From Tubulanus polymorphus (Eukaryota > Animalia > Nemertea): a DNA stretch of 64,000 nucleotides. Below, piece by piece: positions 24,949-34,100 of this stretch; the first letter of the stretch is position 1; every line of letters begins with the position of its first letter. The stretch is taken from positions 3,948,778 to 4,012,777 of the forward strand of contig NC_134030.1 in assembly GCF_964204645.1 (NCBI RefSeq), in the 5' to 3' direction. A model generated the notes under the pieces. That model did not search any database. It was not told the origin of the DNA and saw only the letters and a program-made list of their open reading frames with translations. The position numbers and the translations under genes are program-made.

Positions 24949-25380
24949 CTAGATTACTCGCGTGCCACAGTATGAAAGTCGAACTACCGAGTTAGTTCAC
25001 AAATTCACTTCTTGATTTGCATAGGGGCACCACCCGACAATAGATAAAGACTACTCGCAGGAATCACAGAGGCCTGACACAAAAGGTATACTCGAGTGGG
25101 GGCCACCACTGGGTTTACTCACTCACAATACGGGGCTGTTGTTTTTTGTCCCTTCAAAGTAGAAATTATACCCTCCGAAACTTTATCATCTGGAGGGTTC
25201 TTAAACATTTCTGTCGGACCAAAATTCGTGTTTCAACATGGGTCAGTTCACACCATCTATTTTCCTAAATTTTAGAGATCAACTAAATCATTTCACATAA
25301 CAATTAATATCATGAATTAGGCCTACCCCTCATTACAATCTGAAATATAAAAAAAGAAACACTCGAGGCGAGCTATCTAG
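24949..25380 (+). mobile_element. Possible small non-autonomous Helitron/Helentron-like or MITE element
   Basis: Ends in ctcg-agg-cgag-ctat-CTAG|T; the left end ctagattactcg is a 10/12 inverted match to the right end. Confidence 0.35.
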
Positions 25381-25424
25381 TCCCGTTAAGAAAAAAAATT
25401 GCCTGCCAAATGTATGGTTTATTC

Positions 25425-25506
25425 TAGCGGGATTCGAAACTGCGACCTCCAGCATTAAGCAGGGGAAGCTAACAAGGCAAGCGTGCTAACCACTGGGCCA
25501 TAGATC
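25425..25506 (-). mobile_element. tRNA-derived SINE head / tRNA-like Pol III unit (copy at 53563-53644)
   Basis: Minus strand: A-box TGGCCCAGTGG, B-box-like GTTTCGAATCC, T-run about 25 nt downstream; no canonical anticodon or acceptor stem. Confidence 0.6.
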
Positions 25507-25737
25507 TCAGGTAATCTGTCCGGATTGTAAGTTTGCCTGATATGTGATTTTGTATGTCTCTGCTTAAAATCGACAATTTTCAAAGTAAATCGTAGACAGT
25601 TTTTAAACGGATGAGTTAACCGGGGTAAACTGAAGACACACCACGATGAGCATTAATTGAATTTGCGTGGTTTCGAACCAAATGAAATTTTTATGTGGTA
25701 TTGATGAGGTTCGAATCCCATCAGGAAAGGATTTTCT

Positions 25738-25835
25738 TGACGTGGCGGGAATATTAGTACTTTTCATTGGTCAGGATCAGTGACGTCACACTGTCAGTAT
25801 AAATACTCAGGTCAGCTGATCCCTCCTTCCAGTTC
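25738..25835 (+). promoter_or_regulatory. RNA Pol II promoter of the unit gene (copy at about 53876-53973)
   Basis: TGACGTGG 25738, E2F-like TGGCGGGAA 25743, inverted CCAAT 25766, CRE TGACGTCA 25781, TATAAATA 25798, Inr-like cCAGTT (A at 25831), then donor cag|gtaagc after 25848. Confidence 0.8.
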
Positions 25836-26583
25836 GGCCATTATTCAGGTAAGCAAACGTCGTCCATTTTATTTATTTCTTTCGATCAAATCTATTTATT
25901 AATCATACTTGTACATTTTATACATAGACCTTAGGTTTCGCATACGGTTTTGTTTAAGACAATTTCAAAAGTTCCGAAAGTTCGGATTATATCATATACG
26001 TGTTTAATTATGACATTTCCATTGTGATGTTCTTTTTGCTCAAAATTGTCCAAATCGTGTTTTTAATATTTAGAAGTAAATTACAACATTTGACTTTCAT
26101 TTTCGTTCTCGTAAAAATGAAGACGTTATTGTGATTTTATTGAGGAATTTTATTTAATTTATTTATGAAATTTTCGGAAGCAGTTATTCTGCTGTTCAAA
26201 TCTACGCGCTAATGCGGCTAGTTGACATGCCTAGGTGTAATACACAGACCGCTCAGTCTATTCAACCATGACTCGAATCCATAGAAACCTTTTATTCGAA
26301 GCGTCGTTCAACTTAATTCTGGTGGCTTCTATATTTAATATTTAGAAAATAATGATGCCCAATAATTTAATGTTATTATTATCTAATGCAAACTCGAGTT
26401 AGCTATTTCTTAGAATCAATAATTTTCGATTTTCTTGATTTTTATAACATTATTGTTTTTACATTGCAGCAGCAGCAGCAGTGACAGCAGCAGTACAAGA
26501 CAAACATTGATACCAGCAAATTTATTACAACTTCAACTTAAACTTTAAACGAATTCAACTTCTACTTCAGCAGCAACACGACC

Positions 26584-26683
26584 ATGTCTTCAAAATATGA
26601 CATTTTTTCCGGATTGTTAAAGGTAGTGCGCGCCGAGGTCCTGACACTCGACCCTGTATCCCTCGGCGCGTTTTGTGATTTGA
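26584..26683 (+). CDS. First coding exon of the unit gene (exon 26470-26683), MSSKYDIFSGLLKVVRAEVLTLDPVSLGAFCDL plus 1 nt
   Basis: Acceptor ttgcag| ending 26469, Kozak-like accATG, donor a|gtaagt at 26684; phase 1 matches the acceptor at 33349; GC content drops right after the donor; the paralog conserves exactly this segment. Confidence 0.75.
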
Positions 26684-27287
26684 GTAAGTACAAACTCTAC
26701 TTCATCAAATTCTCGATTATTTTTAGTGACAAGCATCTAAAATTATTTGATTTCCAACATCTGAAATTGTTTGATCTCAAATTCACAATTATTTTATCTC
26801 AAATCTCCGCATTATTGGATACTAAATTTCAAATTGTCTCAATCTTCTATCATCAAATGTCAATTTCTTTCAATCCACTTTTTAATTTCGGAAAACTCAA
26901 TTTATGTCTCACACTGATTTCATTTCAATTTATTTTGAAAATATCATTTTATGTTTCTAGTCTTTTATTCTTTTTCAAATTACTCGACTTAAACTCAATT
27001 TAATTTGCTAATAATTCTAATGGTGAATAATTGAATAATTTTAATTGAATTGAATTGAATAGTGAGTAGAGGTTCTGGTGGATGAGAATGAACTTGAGGA
27101 AGTAACTTCATTTCCTGGTTCCTGGTTTTCAAATATCGTCGAAATTGTGAAATATTCATCAAGTTTCTCATATGCAATGCTGTATCCAGTCAATAGAGAT
27201 AAGTTACAACATAAACAGTTTATACTGGCTAGGCCTCCAGACCAATGCACATCATGGAAAATCCTGATTTATATGTTTAATAAATCA

Positions 27288-27533
27288 AGTAACTGGACTG
27301 CACGGTTCAGTCCATTTTAGTCAGTAAGCAGACTGCAGTTTAGTCCATATTTTAATCAGTAACTGGACTGCGGTGTAGTCCATATTTTAGTCTATAACTG
27401 GACTGCGCTGTAGTCCATCGTTTAGTCAATAACTGGACTGCGGTTTTGTCGATAGTTTAGTCAATAACTAGACTGCAGTTTAGACTGCTGTTCAGGAACC
27501 GGACAGCTGTTTAGTCCGTATCCAGATACCCGT
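27288..27533. repeat. Short palindromic repeats (ggactgcggtttagtcc-like) that continue at 30305-30362 after the transposon insertion
   Basis: gact-n-agtc dyads; 23-bp unit gtttagtcagtatccggaccaca. Confidence 0.75.
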
Positions 27534-30304
27534 CACATTATGGGACCAACTTTTTAGATACCGCTAAAAAGTAGCACTAGTATTTACGGTACTTTCGTTT
27601 TTCTCTGCGACTCCAGGATCCAACAACATGTGATTTTCTTTTTATTAATCATTGATCAAACGTCACGATATTCAGGATCACTTTTTTAATTAATTGGTTA
27701 AACTTCGTTTTTTCGTATCTCTAGGTAGTTGCTCGCGACAGTTTGAGATCCCGAGATTGTGGCGGGAAGGAGGTATATCTCAAGACTGCTATCATGAACT
27801 TATCTGCGAACTAGTCTCAAGCCGCACCCACTCAATGTTTATTCTAGATCTAAACTAGGATATGATGTTTGATACGAATGTCTTTCACTAGCTCGGCTCA
27901 TAGTCCGAATCTTCATTGTCTATTTGTTGGCGAATCCTAAATATTGCGGCCTTGAGGTAAATAGAGTTTAAACACGATTTATTTCTAACAGATTCATTAT
28001 TACGGTCAATGGTTGCCGCCTCGTTCTGAGTCATTTTAGTTGTGACCTTCCGCAGGACGTGGTTCTTACTTTAACTGAGCAGATCATCCCGTCTGTGCCT
28101 ACATTTGTTGCCATAATAACGCCCAGCTGCCATAGAATTCTTCAATGGTGTATCTGTGAGTTTTTACAAACGCCCAAGATTCCTTGTTTCCTTGTGGACT
28201 GCGAGTGACATTAACTACCAGCAGCCATGACACGTATTCATCAATGAATCGTCTGCAACATCACTGGTTCAGTTTCAATCATCCTTACGTGCCGTTCGTT
28301 TCGTGAAGTTTTGGATCGACTATTTCGTCATTTTCGTTGTTCTTGTACGGAAGTAGATTGATTTGTGTCCTCAACAGTTGCAGACTGAAGTACTCAGTAA
28401 TTTCTTGCACAAGTTGAAGTTTTCTGCATCGATCATGCAGCAGATGTCCGTTGGCAGGTGTCTGTTGGTAGGTGTCCATATGCAGATGTTTTTTTTTGCA
28501 GTTTCAGCGTGAAATCATTAGCCATCTCTTCATTTACTTATAGGAGGTTTACATGTTTGTTATCAGTCAGCATCCCACATTATTAACATCTCGGACCAGT
28601 TATCCAGTCCAAATCGATGAATTTCACCAACAGCACTCCCTAGAAAGAATTTATGCAATATTTTCAGCTGTCTCGAGGTAATTCCAATCAGAAACATTTG
28701 TTAACGCTTTTATCTTTTCCACTCTATTGTGTACAAATCATTTCAATCTTTGTCGACCAAATCCGACATTCATGTTTGAGTACATAGATCCATATGTGTC
28801 GGTAATTAGCTCGCTATATTCTACTCCTTAACATTGCTTGTTATTCTTTCCTCACCTTAAAATTTTCGTTTAATTTTTCGAATCTGCAGTTTTACATCCA
28901 GGGTAATATACATGAAGCGGCCGATTACAACTTCAGGACATGCGTCAGTGAAGATTACAATTTCCGCTTCTTGTTATGGGTCGACAACAAATCGTCTATC
29001 CAGTGTTTTCAGTAAGAAATTAACAAGCCAGGTCCCTTTGAAAAACAGGAGGGTCACATCGTATGTGACAGTCCCTGAAAAAACAGTGGGGTCCTTAAAA
29101 AATGACAGACGGGTCTGAGACCCGGACCTGGCTCTTATTGAAAACACTGCTATCATCCATCGCTTTTTCGTTACTACGTTCGAAGGAATTTCTGATCTTT
29201 GTCCATTGGCCCGTTTTGACTCTTCGTCCCTTTCAATGTTCACTGTCCATTGCTTAATCATAAGGGCTTTCATGGTGCAACGATCCTACTAAGTCCCAAA
29301 GGATCAAATATCGATGACCATTTTGACAGAACGTTTCCTTTCGTTTCTTTGTACTCAATCGACGTATCTTTTTTACATGTATGAATCATGATATTACTTT
29401 CCATTTCTTTTTGATTGGTTCAGCATCCTGTTGATCGATAAATCAAGTAGCACTGTTATTGCGGTGGACCGGTGGTCAATAATTTCTGTCGATTCTTTTT
29501 CATAATCCTTATCGCTTGCGGATTCTAGACTAAAGTTTCTTCAATTCTCTCGAATATCGTTAAAATTTTCTTGTATGTTTTTTAAAATTCCTCCAGCAAC
29601 GATTCGAGAACTGTAACTTGTTTTTCGTCGATATCTTCTCTGAGGAGTGCTCCATTTTTCTCAACATTTTTTCAGATGTTGATAATAAACATTGTTGTTG
29701 TTGTTTCTTCAGTTCTGCCCGAATGGCACCTTCAGAGGGCTCACCCATCCATGAAAATAATACTAAAAAATACTACTGTTGGTTATGACCAGGAATGAAG
29801 TTTTGCAGAGAGATGACGAAGTGACGATGTGCAATCCATTGATTCTTTACTAAACTGAATTGCTGCTTTATTTCTATATTAAAAACTACAAAAGTATCAG
29901 CTTATTATCTCATGGACGGTGCGCGATCGGACGGTGCGAGCGGAAGTTGCGATTAGCACAGATGTTGCCGCGGGATCCGGATAAGTGCCAGTAACACGCT
30001 TATCTCTGTACTGAGGAGAATCATTCACAAAATCGCTACTTTTGGTTTACAGTTCCAACTTCTCTTTTTGTCAGAACGTCAAAATTCACTTCTTTTTTTT
30101 TACTCTCTTTAGTATTTGTATGATTGTAATTAGGTCGCACCAACATTGTGTAGGAAACTCAACATGTAATATGCCATAAGTACTATTTATACAGATCAAT
30201 CTATCCAATATTCTTAATTATTCAGTAAAAATGAATATAGCGAAAATCTGACAAAAAAAATTGCTACTTTTCAGCTGCACCAAAGCATACGGTCCCATAC
30301 AGTG
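27534..30304. mobile_element. 2.77-kb non-autonomous CACTA/EnSpm-like (CMC) DNA transposon
   Basis: TIRs CACATTATGGGACC...GCTAAAAAGTAGCA and (reverse complement) CACTGTATGGGACC...GCTGAAAAGTAGCA; 2-bp GT target duplication; removing the element restores the 23-bp repeat phase. Confidence 0.7.
28050..29345 (-). pseudogene. Decayed BEL/Pao LTR-retrotransposon pol fragment (Peptidase_A17/RNase H region and DUF5641-like tail)
   Basis: Minus-strand motifs in the expected order: TKGNVLSKWSSIFDPLGL (SIFDPLGL at 29314-29291), FVHNRVEKIKALT (from 28737), WNYLETAENIA*ILSR, WITGP (from 28606), WQLGVIMATNVGTDGMICSVKVRT (from 28132); many stops and frameshifts. Confidence 0.85.
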
Positions 30305-31279
30305 GTTTAGTCAGTATCCGGACCACAGTTTAGTCAGTATCCGGACCACAGTTTAGTCAGTAACGAAACTGTGTGATTCATTACGTTCTGAGAACAGATT
30401 TTATCAAATTTCCTCTAGCTGTTCTTCAGATAGGCCTACCCTTTGACTAAATGTTTTATTTTCAGAATTCTTTTATAAAAAGTATATCCTCCACCGTTAT
30501 CCAGGCCTGACATTTATCAAGGTCTATCCTGTTTTACACCTTACAAGTTCGACAGCGACATTTGATATTGTTTTTTCTGTAAATGGCTGCAGCTGTATTC
30601 ATAGTGAATTATTCCACTGAATGATTCTATACTTGAATGGTAAGTAGTGACTTATTTGAAATACTTAATGAATTCATTTGAAAAAGGCCTAAATTCTAAA
30701 TATCATTAATTGTTCGCGTTTTAACGATGTTTGATTTTTATAGATAAAAATCTTATTATAATTTGTAGTGAATGGATTTGATTGTATGAAGGTACAGCAG
30801 TGGACAGTGTCATGTGAAATGGTTTTTACACCTGATGGTTGTTTCTGAAGGTACAGTAGCCGGCAGTGTCATGTGAAATGGTTTTTAACCCTGATGGTTG
30901 TTTCTGAGAATAACAGTTGAAGTTTTTCGTTTGATGATGAAAATACAGAAGAAATATGAATGAAATTTTTGGTGTCATTTGTCATGCAATGAAAATGAAT
31001 TAGACTTACTTAGCAAAAACCATAGGGAAATGTACAGTACTCGAAGGAAATATCACAATTTTTGGAACTAAAATTTGGTGAAAATTCATATTAGAAAAAA
31101 ATATTTTCAAATGTATCGCATTTTATTGGATTTTTTGCCCTTAATGATACTGTAGACTTCGCTTAAACTGGTAGACGGTCTATATCTGGTATAATCTGTT
31201 CAATTCGATGAAATAAAGATGAAATGTTGTTCTAAATACATATGTTTTGCCTTTTATGGTATTGCTCTGTTCGATGATG

Positions 31280-31565
31280 ATAATAATAACAATATTATGC
31301 GTCTGATGTAGCCCTAAATCCAGCAGCAGCTCAGAGCGCTTTACATTTTACGGTTTTATTGCCCCAGCCATTTAATGGTCTGCTGGGGTGAAGTAACATC
31401 CGAGCAGCTGCTAGGCGCTCAGGGGTCATCTATCAGGCCAGGTACCCAATTACTCCTGGGTGCAAAGAGGCAATGAGGATAAGTGTCTTGCCGGGGACAC
31501 AACGGTAATATACAGGGTTTGAATCCATGACGATCTGGTTTCCCAGAACGCTTTCCGTATCCCAT
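31280..31565 (-). mobile_element. tRNA-derived SINE with CORE-like centre and L2-type tail (copy at about 59400-59690)
   Basis: Minus strand: B-box-like ggattcaaaccc, then gttgtgtccccggcaagacacttatcctcattgcctc...cacccaggagtaattgggtacc, then tgtaaagcgctctgag and a (tta)n-like tail. Confidence 0.75.
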
Positions 31566-32571
31566 AAATGTTCACTTCATTTCCGTTTATTCCTAAACCG
31601 GTAAATTGTAATGGCTGTTTGCCTATATTATAGAATACATTTATGTACTATCAACCTACTATCTCTGCTAGCAAAAATACATAAAAACATACATACATCT
31701 TTATGTATTTTTGCTGCTAGTGATTAGGTTATGTTCTATTAATGCACACGCATGACTTAAACTGGTCATAGTTTCCATTACTCAAAGAGGACATCACAAG
31801 TGAACTGAATCGGAGGAAAATGTTGCTGGATAAAGAAACATGAAATGTCCAGTCTATTGAAGGACTTGTGTTTGTGTGTAATTAGAGAAAAACCCTCAGA
31901 GTGCCCATCATTGTTACTTAAAAGCAGGAAAATCAGTAGAAACTTTGGAGTGAAAACTGTAAGAGATAAAGCTGGTAATTGAAAAGTTTGTAGGGTATGA
32001 CCCTTGGATAATTTTGGTGATGATTATTCTTACTGAAAGTGAAGTCCTATGCAAATGAGCTAATTCGCATAAATCATAATCAGTGACCTATTTATTTGAA
32101 AACCCCCTAAATTGCAGGTATCAAAATGAACAAATCGGGTATCTAGCCTCAGCTAACAGCTGACAATGGAATATTCTATGTCTACGGTCAGAAATATATA
32201 TTTTATGGGTAATTATAATTAGTAAATGAGCTAATAATTAAATCATGTGACCTCCGGATAAGTACCCGCTATTTTCAAATGCAAAAAAACTCAAATATTT
32301 CGAATAGCAACACCATAAAAACGCAGCATTAAACCTTACTAATGGGTGCTGCCATTTAATCAAGCCATTTAGCGGCAGGTTTCTCCGCTGAATTCTATGC
32401 GACTAAACTGCTATAAGAAATGTCGACGAAAGTCGACAAGGCACTGAAAAAGTTATAGAAGGAATTTGGGGATTCACTACATGGTCAGATTGTATAAAAT
32501 ACAAAGAAATTGATTATTTTGACCGCTATTAGGCTCAATAAAACTTTTGATCAAATTACCTAATGAGATGA

Positions 32572-32973
32572 AAAACGCCGAGATATCGCACGTGCCCCCT
32601 CATCCAAGAAACAACCGTTTGCCGCAGCCACAACAAAATGTACGCGATCCGCAGCACAATTAATTGCGCGACCCGTGAAATCATATACTGCATCGAATGC
32701 ACCAAGTGCAACCTGCTGTACGTCGGCCTTACCGGAATGTCTTTACAAGAACGCGTCACACATCACGTCTCGCGCATCAGAACGAATAATTTGACTCCAG
32801 TCGCGGACCACTTCAACCAGGTCGACCACACCTACCAACACTTTCGGGTATATGGTCTCCAACACCTACCAGGCTCGACGAGACCGATCCGCGAAGCAGC
32901 CAAACGAGACTGGATATCGGTCTTGATTCGTTTCAATATCAAATCGACACTAATTTTAGATACCAGTAACTAG
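32572..32973 (+). pseudogene. Penelope-like element GIY-YIG endonuclease fragment, probably inactive
   Basis: INCATREIIYCIECTKCNLLYVGLT...R..HH...PVADHF...H...WI is the PLE-type GIY-YIG pattern; upstream *KTPRYRTC resembles a decayed CxxxRCxxC linker; the expected catalytic Glu reads Lys; no RT and no C-terminal GLN motif. Confidence 0.85.
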
Positions 32974-33297
32974 CGTAGTACCCGTCCACGGATGGATTGT
33001 CATAAATGTATTGGATATAGTTATAAAATGTACGCTGAAAGATTCCATTATCTGCCTCATTTATGATCTACTATACCGTTGTCTAACAATACGGTTATTA
33101 CAAATAATGAGAGTGATAAAATTGTATTTACAACAGCGTTAGAGGGTGGCAACCATCTCTTGCAACCAGCGACATGACAAATATGGTTGTTTCCGAACGT
33201 TCAACTGGCCCTTCGTTCATTCTTCCATCACATCACCTTCCGTTACCTATCAATGAATATCGCCTGCTGCATTATTTTATAGGTTACTTTTTACAGA
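32970..33297 (-). mobile_element. Possible small non-autonomous Helitron (3' end well defined, 5' end tentative); 3' end repeated at 60775
   Basis: Minus strand ends tccatccgtggacgggtactacgCTAG|T (GC hairpin followed by CTAG then T); candidate 5' A|TCTGTAAAAAG at 33297. Confidence 0.45.
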
Positions 33298-33348
33298 TAT
33301 GAAAATTGTATTCGTGATCCTTAATGTTTTGTTTTTTTTTCATTCCAG

Positions 33349-34100
33349 ATTTGGATGTTTTAACAGCAATACAGAAAAACAAGTCTGAAGCAGCCCGCGA
33401 AGCTCGTAACATCTTTGGAGCTTTCGTTAACAGGTGCGTTGACTCCCTTCGCGAGCCTGAGGAGCAAGCTCCTCCTTTAGTTATTGTGCCACCTTTTGAG
33501 CTTGCTCTTCCGCAGGAGGCGGACCCTGCTCCTGTACATCTGGAGCAGGAGGACGCCCCTGCCGTGGGGACCCCGACAGAGGCCCCACCGCTTCAGACGC
33601 CCGCACTGCGTCGGTCGCCCCGTAGAAATATAAATCCAGATATCAATTATGCAATAGGTTCGGGGCGTCCCAAAACAAAAAAGGGCAAACGTGCGGCTCG
33701 TCCTCCTCCACCGAGACAACCAAATTTTGAGGAGGAGAGCAGTGATGAGGAGGAATTCGCCACTCCTGGAGCGACATCACCACCAGGGCCCGCAACACCA
33801 CCACCACCACCACCACCATCAACTGGACCAGCATCAACGATACCACGAATTAGACGAAACAAAAGAAGAATAGAAGAAGAAAATGAAAATAATGAAACAC
33901 CTAATATTACGCCCGCCCAGGCGTCAACATCGGGCGCTCCAGTGGGGGCACCACCCTCCCCCGCTGTTGAGCTTATCGCGCGCGGCCCTGGTTGGTCTAA
34001 AAACATTGATTACCACGATCCCATCAAAATGCTCCGCGATGTTGAAGGGGCCTTTAAAGGAAAATTTCAAATGGTTAAACGTCGGCGAACATCAAAGTAA
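33349..34100 (+). CDS. Terminal coding exon of the unit gene; spliced to 26584-26683 it gives a 283-aa protein
   Basis: Acceptor ttttcattccag|at, phase compatible (a+at = Asn); AATAAA at 34294; mostly synonymous differences among the three copies. Confidence 0.8.

Larger units (their letters stand above)
1..33128. repeat. Giant tandem (macrosatellite-like) unit, copy 1; phase set arbitrarily by the window start
   Basis: Sequence at 1 (tacaacagcgttagaggg) recurs at 33129 and 60934; intervening landmarks recur in the same order and orientation. Confidence 0.97.

Noticed and set aside
25425-25506. Functional tRNA gene
   Set aside because: A and B boxes are present but I could not build acceptor and anticodon stems; treated as SINE-like.
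26684-27003. C-terminal part of the 139-aa ORF 26584-27003 (and the rest of 3577-3885)
   Set aside because: AT-rich intron read-through beyond a consensus gtaagt donor; protein similarity between paralogs fades there.
1-33128. Whole unit as an autonomous giant element (Terminon, Polinton, endogenous virus)
   Set aside because: No reverse transcriptase, polymerase, Rep/helicase, integrase or capsid ORF seen; the only nuclease is decayed.
33324-33348. ATG start MFCFFFIPD for the 258-aa ORF
   Set aside because: This is the polypyrimidine tract of the acceptor; the T-run length differs in copy 1 and puts the ATG out of frame.
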